Made by a program: the position numbers and the translations under genes. The notes beneath the pieces are model-generated. The model saw only the letters and a program-made list of their open reading frames with translations. It was not told where the DNA came from and made no database searches. Shown piece after piece: positions 40,591 to 55,300 of a stretch of 64,000 bases of DNA. The stretch lies in NCBI GenBank assembly GCA_038087875.1, contig JAXLNO010000278.1, forward strand, positions 1 to 64,000. The letters are read 5' to 3'. The number at the start of each line of letters is the position of its first letter. Within the stretch, counting starts at the first letter, position 1. The stretch is from Malacoraja senta (Eukaryota).

Positions 40591-42989
40591 CGGCAAGGTC
40601 GCCACAAATGAGTCAAGGTCGACATATTGCCGGCAAGGTCGCCATAAATCCGGCAAGGTCCACACAAATTCGGCAAGGTCGCCATATATCCGGCAAGGAC
40701 GCCATTTATCCGGCAAGGTCGCCACAAATCCGGCAAGGTTGCCATATTTCCGGCAAGGTCGCCACAAATCCGGCAAGGTCTCCACAAATCCGGCAAGGTC
40801 GCCATATTTCCGACATGGTCGTCATAAATCCGGCATGGTGGCCACAAATCCGACAAGGTAGCCATATTTATGGCAAGTTCGCCATAAATCCGGCATGGTG
40901 GCCACAAATCAGGGAAGGTCGCCACAAATCCGGCAAGGTCGCCACATTTCCGGCATGGACGCCATAAATCCGGCAAGGTTCGGCACAAATCCGGCAAGGT
41001 CGCCACATTCCCGGCAAGGTCGCCATATTTCCTGCAAGGTCGCCATAAATCCGGCAATGTCGCCACAAATGAGGCAAGGTCGCCATATTTCCGGCAAGCT
41101 CGCCATAAATCCGGCAAGGTCGCCACAAATGCGTCAAGGTCGACATATTTCCGGCAAGGTCGCCATAAATCTGGCAATGTCGCCACAAATCCGGCAAGGT
41201 AGCCATAAATCCGGCAAGGTCGCCATAAATCCGGCAATGTCGCCACAAATGCGGCAAGGTCGCCATATTTCCGGCAAGCTCGCCATAAATCCGGCAAGGT
41301 CGCCACAAATGCGTCAAGGTCGACATATTTCCGGCAAGGTCGCCATAAATCCGGTAAGGTCGCCATAAATACGGCAAGGTCGCCACAAATCCGGCAAGGT
41401 CGCCACTAATCCGGCAAGGTCGCCATAAATCCGCAAGGTCGCCATAACTCCGGCAAAGTCGCCATATATCCGGCAAGGACGCCATATATCCGGCAAGGTC
41501 GCCACAAATCCGGCAAGTTGCCATATTCCCGGCAAAGTCGCCATAAATCCGGCAAGGTCTCCACAAATCCGGAAAGGACGCCATATTTCCGACATGGTCG
41601 TCATAAATCCGGCAAGGTGGCCACAAATCCGACATGGTAGCCATATTTCCGGCAAGTTCGCCATAAATCCGGCATGGTGGCGACAAATCAGGGAAGGTCG
41701 CCATATTTCCGGCAAAGTCGCCATAAATCCGGCAAGGTCGCCATAAATCCGGCAAGGTCGCCACAAATCCGGCAAGGACGCAATAAATCCGGCAAGGTCG
41801 CCATATATCCGGCAGTCGCCATATTTCTGGCAAGGTCGCCATAAATCCGGCAAGGTCGCCATAAATCCGGCAAGGTCGCCACAAATCCGGCAAGGTCGCC
41901 ATAAATCCGGCAAGGTCGCCATAAATCCGGCAAAGTCGCCATATTTCAGGCAAGGTCGCCATAAATCCGGCAAGGTCGCCACAAATTCGGCAAGGTCGCC
42001 ATATATCCGGCAAGGACGCCATATATCCGGCAAGGTCGCCACAAATCCGGCAAGGTTGCCATATTTCCGGCAAGGTCGCCATAAATCCGGAAAGGTCTCC
42101 ACAAATCCGGCAAGGTCGCCATATTTCCGACGTGGTCGTCATAAATCCGGCAAGGTGGCCACAAATCCGACATGGTAGCCATATTCCCGGCAAGTTCGCC
42201 ATAAATCCGGCATGGTGGCCACAAATCAGGGAAGGTCGCCATATTTCCGGCAAAGTCGCCATAAATCCGGCAAGGTCGCCATAAATACGGCAAGGTCGCC
42301 ACAAATGCGTCAAGGTCGACATATTTCCGGCAAAGTCGCCATAAATCCGGCAAGGACGCCATATATCCGGCAAGGTCGCCACAAATCCGGCAAGGTTGCC
42401 ATATTTCCGGCATGGTCGCCATAAATCCGGAAAGGTCTCCACAAATCCGGCAAAGTCGCCATATTTCCGGCAAGGTCGCCATAAATCCGACAAGGTCGCC
42501 ACAAATCCGGCAAGGTCGCCACATTTGCGGCAACGTCGCCATAAATCCGGCAAGGTCGCCACAAATCCGGCAAGGTCGCCACATCCCCGGCAAGGTCGCC
42601 ATAAATCCGGCAAGGTCGCCACAAATCCGTCAAGGTCGCCACATTTCAGGCAAGGTCGCCGCATTTCCGGCAACGTCGCCATAAATGCGGCAAGGTGGAC
42701 ACAAATCCGACAAGGTCGCCATAAATCCGGCAAGGTCGCCACATTTCCGGCAAGAACGCCATAAATCCGGCAAGGTCGGCACAAATCCGGCAAGGTCGCC
42801 ACATTCCCGGCAAGGTCGCCATATTTCCTGCAAGGTCGCCATAAATCCGGTAATGTCGCCACAAATGCGGCAAGGTCGCCATATTTCCGGCAAGCTCGAC
42901 ATAAATCCGGCAAGGTCGCCACAAATGCGTCAAGGTCGACATATTTTCGGCAAGGTCGCCATAAATCCGGCAAGGTCGCCATAAATCCG

Positions 42990-45900
42990 GCAAGGTCGCC
43001 ACAAATCCGGCAAAGTCGCCACTAATCCGGCAAGGTCGCCATAAATCCACAAGGTCGCCATAAATCCCGCAAAGTCGCCATATTTCAGGCAAGGTCGCCA
43101 TAAATCCGGCAAGGTCGCCACAAATTCGGCAAGGTCGCCATACATCCGGCAAGGACGCCATATATCCGGCAAGGTCGCCACAAATCCGGCAAGGTTGCCA
43201 TATTTCCGGCAAGGTCGCCATAAATCCGGCAAGGTCGCCACATTTCCGGCATGGACGCCATAAATCCGGCAAGGTCGGCACAAATCCGGCAAGGTCGCCA
43301 CATTCCCGGCAAGGTCGCCATATTTCCTGCAAGGTCGCCATAAATCCGGCAATGTCGCCACAAATGCGGCAAGGTCGCCATATTTCCGGCAAGCTCGCCA
43401 TAAATCCGGCAAGGTCGCCACAAATGCGTCAAGGTCGACATATTTCCGGCAAGGTCGCCATAAATCCGGCAAGGTCGCCATCATTCCGGCAAGTTCGCCA
43501 TAAATCCGGCATGGTGGCCACAAATCAGGGAAGGTCGCCATATTTCCGGCAAAGTCGCCATAAATCCGGCAAGGTCGCCATAAATCCGGCAAGGTCGCCA
43601 TAAATCCGGCAAGGTCGCCACAAATCCGGCAAAGTCGCCACTAATCCGGCAAGGTCGCCATAAATCCACAAGGTCGCCATAAATCCCGCAAAGTCGCCAT
43701 ATTTCAGGCAAGGTCGCCATAAATCCGGCAAGGTCGCCACAAATTCGGCAAGGTCGCCATACATCCGGCAAGGACGCCATATATCCGGCAAGGTCGCCAC
43801 AAATCCAGCAAGGTTGCCATATTTCCGGCAAGGTCGCCATAAATCCGGCAAGGTCGCCACATTTCCGGCATGGACGCCATAAATCCGGCAAGGTCGGCAC
43901 AAATCCGGCAAGGTCGCCACATTCCCGGCAAGGTCGCCATATTTCCTGCAAGGTCGCCATAAATCCGGCAATGTCGCCACAAATGCGGCAAGGTCGCCAT
44001 ATTTCCGGCAAGCTCGCCATAAATCCGGCAAGGTCGCCACAAATGCGTCAAGGTCGACATATTTCCGGCAAGGTCGCCATAAATCCGGCAAGGTCGCCAT
44101 CATTCCGGCAAGTTCGCCATAAATCCGGCATGGTGGCCACAAATCAGGGAAGGTCGCCATATTTCCGGCAAAGTCGCCATAAATCCGGCAAGGTCGCCAT
44201 AAATCCGGCAAGGTCGCCACAAATCCGGCAAGGTCGCCACAAATCCGGCAAAGGCGCCACTAATCCGGCAAGGTCGCCATAAATCCGCAAGGTCGCCATA
44301 AATCCCGCAAAGTCGCCATATTTCAGGCAAGGTCGCCATAAATCCGGCAAGGTCGCCACAAATTCGGCAAGGTCGCCATACATCCGGCAATGACGCCATA
44401 TATCCGGCAAGGTCGCCACAAATCCGGCAAGGTTGCCATATTTCCGGCAAGGTCGCCATAAATCCGGCAAGCTCGCCACATTTCCGGCATGGACGCCATA
44501 AATCCGGCAAGGTCGGCACAAATCCGGCAAGGTCGCCACATTCCCGGCAAGGTCGCCATATTTCCTGCAAGGTCGCCATAAATCCGGCAATGTCGCCACA
44601 AATGCGGCAAGGTCGCCATATTTCCGGCAAGCTCGCCATAAATCCGGCAAGGTCGCCACAAATGCGTCAAGGTCGACATATTTCCGGCAAGGTCGCCATA
44701 AATCCGGCAAGGTCGCCATCATTCCGGCAAGTTCGCCATAAATCCGGCATGGTGGCCACAAATCAGGGAAGGTCGCCATATTTCCGGCAAAGTCGCCATA
44801 AATCCGGCAAGGTCGCCATAAATCCGGCAAGGTCGCCACAAATCCGGCAAGGTCGCCACAAATCCGGCAAAGGCGCCACTAATCCGGCAAGGTCGCCACA
44901 AATCCGGCAAAGTCGCCACTAATCCGGCAAGGTCGCCATAAATCCACAAGGTCGCCATAAATCCCGCAAAGTCGCCATATTTCAGGCAAGGTCGCCATAA
45001 ATCCGGCAAGGTCGCCACAAATTCGGCAAGGTCGCCATACATCCGGCAAGGACGCCATATATCCGGCAAGGTCGCCACAAATCCAGCAAGGTTGCCATAT
45101 TTCCGGCAAGGTCGCCATAAATCCGGCAAGGTCGCCACATTTCCGGCATGGACGCCATAAATCCGGCAAGGTCGGCACAAATCCGGCAAGGTCGCCACAT
45201 TCCCGGCAAGGTCGCCATATTTCCTGCAAGGTCGCCATAAATCCGGCAATGTCGCCACAAATGCGGCAAGGTCGCCATATTTCCGGCAAGCTCGCCATAA
45301 ATCCGGCAAGGTCGCCACAAATGCGTCAAGGTCGACATATTTCCGGCAAGGTCGCCATAAATCCGGCAAGGTCGCCATCATTCCGGCAAGTTCGCCATAA
45401 ATCCGGCATGGTGGCCACAAATCAGGGAAGGTCGCCATATTTCCGGCAAAGTCGCCATAAATCCGGCAAGGTCGCCATAAATCCGGCAAGGTCGCCACAA
45501 ATCCGGCAAGGTCGCCACAAATCCGGCAAAGGCGCCACTAATCCGGCAAGGTCGCCATAAATCCGCAAGGTCGCCATAAATCCCGCAAATTCGCCATATT
45601 TCAGGCAAGGTCGCAATAAATCCGGCAAGGTCGCCACAAATTCGGCAAGGTCGCCATACATCCGGCAATGACGCCATATATCCGGCAAGGTCGCCACAAA
45701 TCCGGCAAGGTTGCCATATTTCCGGCAAGGTCGCCATAAATCAGGCAAGCTCGCCACATTTCCGGCATGGACGCCATAAATCCGGCAAGGTCGGCACAAA
45801 TCCGGCAAGGTCGCCACAATCCCGGCAAGGTCGCCATATTTCCTGCAAGGTCGCCATAAATCCGGCAATGTCGCCACAAATGCGGCAAGGTCGCCATATT

Positions 45901-46130
45901 TCCGGCAAGCTCGCCATAAATCCGGCAAGGTCGCCACAAATGCGTCAAGGTCGACATATTTCCGGCAAGGTCGCCATAAATCCGGCAAGGTCGCCATCAT
46001 TCCGGCAAGTTCGCCATAAATCCGGCATGGTGGCCACAAATCAGGGAAGGTCGCCATATTTCCGGCAAAGTCGCCATAAATCCGGCAAGGTCGCCATAAA
46101 TCCGGCAAGGTCGCCACAAATCCGGCAAGG
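42990..46130. repeat. Five tandem copies of a unit of about 619 bp (31 monomers including one 19-mer)
   Basis: The ACTAAT landmark lies at 43021, 43640, 44259, 44878/44918 and 45537. ORFs start at 43085, 43704, 44323, 44982 and 45601. Confidence 0.9.
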
Positions 46131-46559
46131 TCGCCATAAATACGGCAAGGTCGCCATAAATCCGGCAAAGTCGCCATATTTCAGGCAAGGTCGCCATAAA
46201 TCCGGCAAGGTCGCCACAAATTCGGCAAGGTCGCCATATATCCGGCAAGGACGCCATATATCCGGCAAGGTCGCCACAAATCCGGCAAGGTCGCCATAAA
46301 TCCGGAAAGGTCTCCACAAATCCGGCAAGGTCGCCATATTTCCGACAGTCGTCATAAATCCGGCAAGGTGGCCACAAATCCGACATGGTAGCCATATTTC
46401 CGGCAAGTTCGCCATAAATCCGGCATGGTGGCCACAAATCAGGGAAGGTCGCCATATTTCCGGCAAATTCGCCATAAATCCGGCAAGGTCGCCATAAATC
46501 CGGCAAGGTCGCCACAAATCCGGCAAGGTCGCCATAAATCCGGCAAGGTCGCCATATAT

Positions 46560-48260
46560 CCGGCAAAGTCGCCATATTTCAGACAAGGTCGCCATAAATC
46601 CGGCAAGGTCGCCACAAATTTGGCAAGGTCGCCATATATCCGGCAACGACGCCATATATCCGGCAAGGTCGCCACAAATCCGGCAAGGTTGCCATATTTC
46701 CGGCAAGGTCGCCATAAATCCGGAAAGGTCTCCACAAATCCGGCAAGGTCGCCATATTTCGGACGTGGTCGTCATAAATCCGGCAAGGTGGCCACAAATC
46801 CGACATGGTAGCCATATTTCCGGCAAGTTCGCCATAAATCCGGCATGGTGGCCACAAATCAGGGAAGGTCGCCATATTCCCGGCAAAGTCGCCATAAATC
46901 CGGCAAGGTCGCAATAAATCCGGCAAGGTCGCCACAAATGCGTCAAGGTTGACATATATCCGGCAAGGTCGCCACAAATCCGGCAAGGTCGCCATAAATC
47001 CGGCAAGGTCGCCACATATCCGGCAAGGTCGCCACTAATCCGGCAAGGTCGCCATAAATCCGCAAGGTCGCCATAAATCCGGCAAAGTCGCCATATTTCA
47101 GGCAAGGTCGCCATAAATCCGGCAAGGTCGCCACAAATTCGGCAAGGTCGCCATATATCCGGCAAGGACGCCATATTTCCGGCAAGGTCGCCAGAAATCC
47201 GGCAAGGTTGCCATATTTCGGGCAAGGTCGCCATAAATCCTGAAAGGTCTCCACAAATCCGGCAAGGTCGCCATATTTCCGACGTGGTCGTCATAAATCC
47301 GGCAAGGTGGCCACAAATCCGACATGGTAGCCATATTTCCGGCAAGTTCGCCATAAATCCGGCATGGTGGCCACAAATCAGGGAAGGTCGCCATATTTCC
47401 GGCAAAGTCGCCATAAATCCGGCAAGGTCGCAATAAATCCGGCAAGGTCGCCACAAATGCGTCAAGGTTGACATATATCCGGCAAGGTCGCCATAAATCC
47501 GGCAAGGTCGCCATAAATCCGGCAAGGTCGCCACATATCCGGCAATGTCGCCACTAATCCGGCAAGGTCGCCATAAATCCGCAAGGTCGCCATAAATCCG
47601 GCAAAGTCGCCATATTTCAGGCAAGGTCGCCATAAATCCGGCAAGGTCGCCACAAATTCGGCAAGGTCGCCATATATCCGGCAAGGACGCCATATTTCCG
47701 GCAAGGTCGCCAGAAATCCGGCAAGGTTGCCATATTTCCGGCAAGGTCGCCATAAATCCTGAAAGGTCTCCACAAATCCGGCAAGGTCGCCATATTTCCG
47801 ACGTGGTCGTCATAAATCCGGCAAGGTGGCCACAAATCCGACATGGTAGCCATATTTCCGGCAAGTTCGCCATAAATCCGGCATGGTGGCCACAAATCAG
47901 GGAAGGTCGCCATATTTCCGGCAAAGTCGCCATAAATCCGGCAAGGTCGCAATAAATCCGGCAAGGTCGCCACAAATGCGTCAAGGTCGACATATATCCG
48001 GCAAGGTCGCCATACATCCGGCAAGGTCGCCACATATCCGGCAAGGTCGCCACTAATCCGGCAAGGTCGCCATAAATCCGCAAGGTCGCCATAAATCCGG
48101 CAAAGTCGCCATATTTCAGGCAAGGTCGCCATAAATCCGGCAAGGTCGCCACAAATTCGGCAAGGTCGCCATATATCCGGCAAGGACGCCATATTTCCGG
48201 CAAGGTCGCCAGAAATCCGGCAAGGTTGCCATATTTCCGGCAAGGTCGCCATAAATCCGG
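46560..48260. repeat. About three tandem copies of a unit of about 519 bp (26 monomers including one 19-mer)
   Basis: ACTAAT lies at 47034, 47553 and 48052 (spacings 519 and 499). ORFs 46579/47098/47617/48116 follow the same spacing. The 519-bp period recurs at 54089/54608/55127 and 58880/59399/59918. Confidence 0.88.
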
Positions 48261-51200
48261 CAAGTTCTCCTCAAATCCGGCAAGGTCGCCATATTTCCGA
48301 CATGGTCGTCATAAATCCGGCAAGGTGGCCACAAATCCGACAATGTAGCCATATTTCCGGCAAGTTCGCCATAAATCCGGCATGGTGGCCACAAATCAGG
48401 GAAGGTCGCCATAAATCCGGCAAGGTCGCCACATTTCCGGCATGGACGCCATAAATCCGGCAAGGTCGGCACAAATCCGGCAAGGTCGCCACATTCCTGG
48501 CAAGGTCGCCATATTTCCTGCAAGGTCGCCATAAATCCGGCAATGTCGCCACAAATGAGGCAAGGTCGCCATATTTCCGGCAAGCTCGCCATAAATCCGG
48601 CAAGTTCGCCACAAATGCGTCAAGGTCCACATATTGCCGGCAAGGTCGCCATAAATCCGGCAAGGTCCCCACAAATTCGGCAAGGTCGCCATATATCCGG
48701 CAAAGACGCCATATATCCGGCAAGGTCGCCACAAATCCGGCAAGGTTGCCATATTTCCGGCAAGGTCGCCACAAATCCGGCAAGGTCTCCACAAATCCGG
48801 CAAGGTCGCCATATTTCCGACATGGTCGTCATAAATCCGGCATGGTGGCCACAAATCCGACAAGGTAGCCATATTTATGGCAAGTTCGCCATAAATCCGG
48901 CATGGTGGCCACAAATCAGGGAAGGTCGCCACAAATCCGGCAAGGTCGCCACATTTCCGGCATGGACGCCATAAATCCGGCAATGTCGCTACAAATGAGG
49001 CAAGGTCGCCATATTTCCGGCAAGCTCGCCATAAATCCGGCAAGGTCGCCACAAATGCGTCAAGGTCGACATATTTCCGGCAAGGTCGCCATAAATCTGG
49101 CAATGTCGCCACAAATCCGGCAAGGTAGCCATAAATCCGGCAAGGTCGCCATAAATCCGGCAAAGTCGCCATATTTCAGGCAAGGTCGCCATAAATGCGG
49201 CAAGGTCTCCACAGATCCGGCAAGGTCGCCATATTTCACGCAAAGTCGCCATAAATCCGGCAAGGTCGCCACAAATTCGGCAAGGTCGCCATATATCCGA
49301 CAAGGACGCCTTATATCCGGCAAGGTCGCCACAAATCCGGCAAGGTTGTCATATTTCCGGCAAGGTCGCCATAAATCCAGCAAGGTCGCCACAAATTCGG
49401 CAAGGTCGCCATATTTCCGGCAAGGTCGCCATAAATCCGGCAAGGTCGCCATAAATCCGGCAAAGTCGCCATATTTCAGGCAAGGTCGACATAAATCCGC
49501 AAGGTCGCCACATTCCCGGCAAGGTCGCCATATTTCCTGCAAGGTCGCCATAAATCCGGCAATGTCTCCACAAATGAGGCAAGATCGACATATTTCCGGC
49601 AAGCTCGCTATAAATCCGGCAAGGTCGCCACAAATGCGTCAAGGTCGACATATTTCCGGCAAGGTCGCCATAAATCCAGCAAGGTCGCCACAAATCCGGA
49701 AAGGTCGCCATATATCCGGCAAGGACGCCATATATCCGGCAAGGTCGCCACAAATCCGGCAAGGTCGCCACTAATCCGGCAAGGACGCCATAAATCCGGC
49801 AAGGTCGCCATAAATCCGGCAAAGTCGCCATATTTCAGGCAAGGTCACCATAAATCCGGCAAGGTCGCCACAAATTCGGGAAGGTCGCCATATATCCGAC
49901 AAGGACGCCATATATTCGGCAAGGTCGCCACAAATCCGGCAAGGTTGCCATATTTCCGGCAAGGTGGCCATAAATCCGGCATGGTGGCCACAAATCAGGG
50001 AAGGTCGCCATATTTCCGGCAATGTCGCCATAAATCCGGCAAGGTGGCCACAAATCCGACAAGGTAGCCATATTTCCGGCAAGTTGTGCCATAAATCCGG
50101 CATGGTGGCCACAAATCAGGGAAGGTCGCCATAAATCCGGCAAGGTCGCCACATTTCCGGCATGGACGCCATAAATCCGGCACGGTCGGCACAAATACGG
50201 CAAGGTCGCCACATTCCTGGCAAGGTCGCCATATTTCCTGCAAGGTCGCCATAAATCCGGCAATGTCGCCACAAATGAGGCAAGGTCGCCATATATCCGG
50301 CAAGCTCGCCATAAATCCGGCAAGGTCGCCACAAATGCGTCAAGGTCGACATATTGCCGGCAAGGTCGCCATAAATCCGGCAAGGTCCACACAAATTCGG
50401 CAAGGTCGCCATATATCCGGCAAGGACGCCATTTATCCGGCAAGGTCGCCACAAATCCGGCAAGGTTGCCATATTTCCGGCAAGGTCGCCACAAATCCGG
50501 CAAGGTCTCCACAAATCCGGCAAGGTCGCCATATTTCCGACAGTCGTCAAAAATCCGGCATGGTGGCCACAAATCCGACAAGGTAGACATATTTATGGCA
50601 AGTTCGCCATAAATCCGGCATGGTGGCCACAAATCAGGGAAGGTCGCCACAAATCCGGCAAGGTCGCCACATTTCCGGCATGGACGCCATAAATCCGGCA
50701 AGGTTCGGCACAAATCCGGCAAGGTCGCCACATTCCCGGCAAGGTCGCCATATTTCCTGCAAGATCGCCATAAATCCGGCAATGTCGCCACAAATGAGGC
50801 AAGGTCGCCATATTTCCGGCAAGCTCGCCATAAATCCGGCAAGGTCGCCACAAATGCGTCAAGGTCGACATATTTCCGGCAAGGTCGCCATAAATCTGGC
50901 AATGTCGCCACAAATCCGGCAAGGTAGCCATAAATCCGGCAATGTCGCCATAAATCCGGCAATTTCGCCACAAATGCGGCAAGGTCGCCATATTTCCGGC
51001 AAGCTCGCCATAAATCCGGCAAGGTCGCCACAAATGCGTCAAGGTCGACATATTTCCGGCAAGGTCGCCATAAATCCGGTAAGGTCGCCATAAATCCGGC
51101 AAGGTCGCCACAAATCCGGCAAGGTCGCCACTAATCCGGCAAGGTCGCCATAAATCCGCAAGGTCGCCATAAATCCCGCAAAGTCGCCATATATCCGGCA

Positions 51201-52359
51201 AGGACGCCATATATCCGGCAAGGTCGCCACAAATCCGGCAAGTTGCCATATTCCCGGCAAAGTCGCCATAAATCCGGCAAGGTCTCCACAAATCCGGAAA
51301 GGACGCCATATTTCCGACATGGTCGTCATAAATTCGGCAAGGTGGCCACAAATCTGACAAGGTAGCCATATTTCCGGCAAGTTCGCCATAAATCCGGCAT
51401 GGTGGCCACAAATCAGGGAAGGTCGCCATAAATCCGGCAAGGTCGCCACATTTCCGGCATGGACGCCATAAATCCGGCAAGGTCGGCACAAATCCGGCAA
51501 GGTCGACATATTTCCGGCAAGGTCGCCATAAATCCGGCAAGGTCGCCATCATTCCGGCAAGTTCGCCATAAATACGGCATGGTGGCCACAAATCAGGGTA
51601 GGTCGCCATATTTCAGGCAAGGTCGCCATAAATCCGGCAAGGTCGCCACAAATTCGGCAAGGTCGCCATATATCCGGCAAGGACGCCATATATCCGGCAA
51701 AGGTCGCCACAAATCCGGCAAGGTTGCCATATTTCCGGCAAGGTCGCCATAAATCCGGAAAGGTCTCCACAAATCCGGCAAGGTCGCCATATTTCCGACA
51801 TGGTCGTCATAAATCCGGCAAGGTGGCCACAAATCCGACATGGTAGCCATATTTCCATCAAGTTCGCCATAAATCCGGCATGGTGGCGACAAATCAGGGA
51901 AGGTCGCCATATTTCCGGCAAAATCGCCATAAATCCGGCAAGGTCGCCATAAATCCGGCAAGGTCGCCACAAATCCGGCAAGGTCGCCATAAATCCGGTA
52001 AGGTCGCCATATATCCGGCAAAGACGCCATATTTCTGGCAAGGTCGCCATAAATCCGGCAAGGTCGCCACAAATTCGGCAAGGTCGCCATATATCCGGCA
52101 AGGACGCCATATATCCGGCAAGGTCGCCACAAATCCGGCAAGGTTGCCATATTTCCGGCAAGGTCGCCATAAATCCGGAAAGGTCTCCACAAATCCGGCA
52201 AGGTCGCCATATTTCCGACGTGGTCGTCATAAATCCGGCAAGGTGGCCACAAATCCGACATGGTAGCCATATTCCCGGCAAGTTCGCCATAAATCCGGCA
52301 TGGTGGCCACAAATCAGGGAAGGTCGCCATATTTCCGGCAGTCGCCATAAATCCGGCAA

Positions 52360-55300
52360 GGTCGCCATAAATACGGCAAGGTCGCCACAAATGCGTCAAG
52401 GTCGACATATTTCCGGCAAGGTCGCCATAAATCCGGCAAGGACGCCATATATCCGGCAAGGTCGCCACAAATCCGGCAAGGTTGCCATATTTCCGGCAAG
52501 GTCGCCATAAATCCGGCAAGGTCGCCACAAATCCGGCAAGGTCGCCACATTTGCGGCAACGTCGCCATAAAGCCGGCAAGGTCGCCACAAATCCGGCAAG
52601 CTCGCCACATCCCCGGCAAGGTCGCCATAAATCCGGCAAGGTCGCCACAAATCCGTCAAGGTCGCCACATTTCAGGCAAGGTCGCCGCATTTCCGGCAAC
52701 GTCGCCATAAATGCGGCAAGGTGGACACAAATCCGACAAGGTCGCCATAAATCCGGCAAGGTCGCCACATTTCCGGCAAGGACGCCATAAATCCGGCAAG
52801 GTCGGCACAAATCCGGCAAGGTCGCCACATTCCCGGCAAGGTCGCCATATTTCCTGCAAGGTCGCCATAAATCCGGCAATGTCGCCACAAATGCGGCAAG
52901 GTCGCCATATTTCCGGCAAGCTCGCCATAAATCCGGCAAGGTCGCCACAAATGCGTAAAGGTCGACATATTTCCGGCAAGGTCGCCATAAATCCGGCAAG
53001 GTCGCCATAAATCCGGCAAGGTCGCCACAAATCCGGCAAAGTCGCCACTAATCCGGCAAGGTCGCCATAAATCCGCAAGGTCGCCATAAATCCCGCAAAG
53101 TCGCCATATTTCAGGCAAGGTCGCCATAAATCCGGCAAGGTCGCCACAAATTCGGCAAGGTCGCCATACATCCGACAAGGACGCCATATATCCGGCAAGG
53201 TCGCCACAAATCCGGCAAGGTTGCCATATTTCCGGCAAGGTCGCCATAAATCCGGCAAGGTCGCCACATTTCCGGCATGGACGCCATAAATCCGGCAAGG
53301 TCGGCACAAATCCGGCAAGGTCGCCACATTCCCGGCAAGGTCGCCATATTTCCTGCAAGGTCGCCATAAATCCGGCAATGTCGCCACAAATGCGGCAAGG
53401 TCGCCATATTTCCGGCAAGCTCGCCATAAATCCGGCAAGGTCGCCACAAATGCGTCAAGGTCGACATATTTCCGGCAAGGTCGCCATAAATCCGGCAAGG
53501 TCGCCATCATTCCGGCAAGTTCGCCATAAATCCGGCATGGTGGCCACAAATCAGGGAAGTTCGCCATATTTCCGGCAAAGTCGCCATAAATCCGGCAAGG
53601 TCGCCATAAATCCGGCAAGGTCGCCACAAATCCGGCAAGGTCGCCATAAATACGGCAAGGTCGCCATAAATCCGGCAAAGTCGCCATATTTCAGGCAAGG
53701 TCGCCATAAATCCGGCAAGGTCGCCACAAATTCGGCAAGGTCGCCATATATCCGGCAAGGACGCCATATATCCGGCAAGGTCGCCACAAATCCGGCAAGG
53801 TCGCCATAAATCCGGAAAGGTCTCCACAAATCCGGCAAGGTCGCCATATTTCCGACAGTCGTCATAAATCCGGCAAGGTGGCCACAAATCCGACATGGTA
53901 GCCATATTTCCGGCAAGTTCGCCATAAATCCGGTATGGTGGCCACAAATCAGGGAAGGTCGCCATATTTCCGGCAAAGTCGCCATAAATCCGGCAAGGTC
54001 GCCATAAATCCGGCAAGGTCGCCACAAATCCGGCAAGGTCGCCATAAATCCGGCAAGGTCGCCATATATCCGGCAAAGTCGCCATATTTCAGGCAATGTC
54101 GCCATAAATCCGGCAAGGTCGCGACAAATTCGGGAAGGTCGCCATATATCCGGCAAGGACGCCATATATCCGGCAAGGTCGCCACAAATCCGGCAAGGTT
54201 GCCATATTTCCGGCAAGGTCGCCATAAATCCGGAAAGGTCTCCACAAATCCGGCAAGGTCGCCATATTTCCGACGTGGTCGTCATAAATCCGGCAAGGTG
54301 GCCACAAATCCGACATGGTAGCCATATTTCCGGCAAGTTCGCAATAAATCCGGCATGGTGGCCACAAATCAGGGAAGGTCGCCATATTCCCGGCAAAGTC
54401 GCCATAAATCCGGCAAGGTCGCAATAAATCCGGCAAGGTCGACACAAATGCGTCAAGGTCGACATATATCCGGCAAGGTCGCCATAAATCCGGCAAGGTC
54501 GCCATAAATCCGGCAAGGTCGCCACATATCCGGCAAGGTCGCCACTAATCCGGCAAAGTCGCCATAAATCCGCAAGGTCGCCATAAATCCGGCAAAGTCG
54601 CCATATTTCAGGCAAGGTCGCCATAAATCCGGCAAGGTCGCCACAAATTCGGCAAGGTCGCCATATATCCGGCAAGGACGCCATATTTCCGGCAAGGTCG
54701 CCAGAAATCCGGCAAGGTCGCCATATTTCCGGCAAGGTCGCAATAAATCCGGAAAGGTCTCCACAAATCCGGCAAGGTCGCCATATTTCCGACGTGGTCG
54801 GCATAAATCCGGCAAGGTGGCCACAAATCCGACATGGTAGCCATATTTCCGGCAAGTTCGCCATAAATCCGGCATGGTGGCCACAAATCAGGGAAGGTCG
54901 CCATATTTCCGGCAAAGTCGCCATAAATCCGGCAAGGTCGCAATAAATCCGGCAAGGTCGCCACAAATGCGTCAAGGTCGCCATATATCCGGCAAGGTCG
55001 CCATAAATCCGGCAAGGTCGCCATAAATCCGGCAAGGTCGCCACCTATCCGGCAAGGTCGCCACTAATCCGGCAAGGTCGCCATATATCCGCAAGGTCGC
55101 CATAAATCCGGCAAAGTCGCCATATTTCAGGCAAGGTCGCCATAAATCCGGCAAGGTCGCCACAAATTCGGCAAGGTCGCCATATATCCGGCAAGGACGC
55201 CATATTTCCGGCAAGGTCGCCAGAAATCCGGCAAGGTTGCCATATTTCCGGCAAGGTCGCCATAAATCCGGCAAGGTCTCCTCAAATCCGGCAAGGTCGC

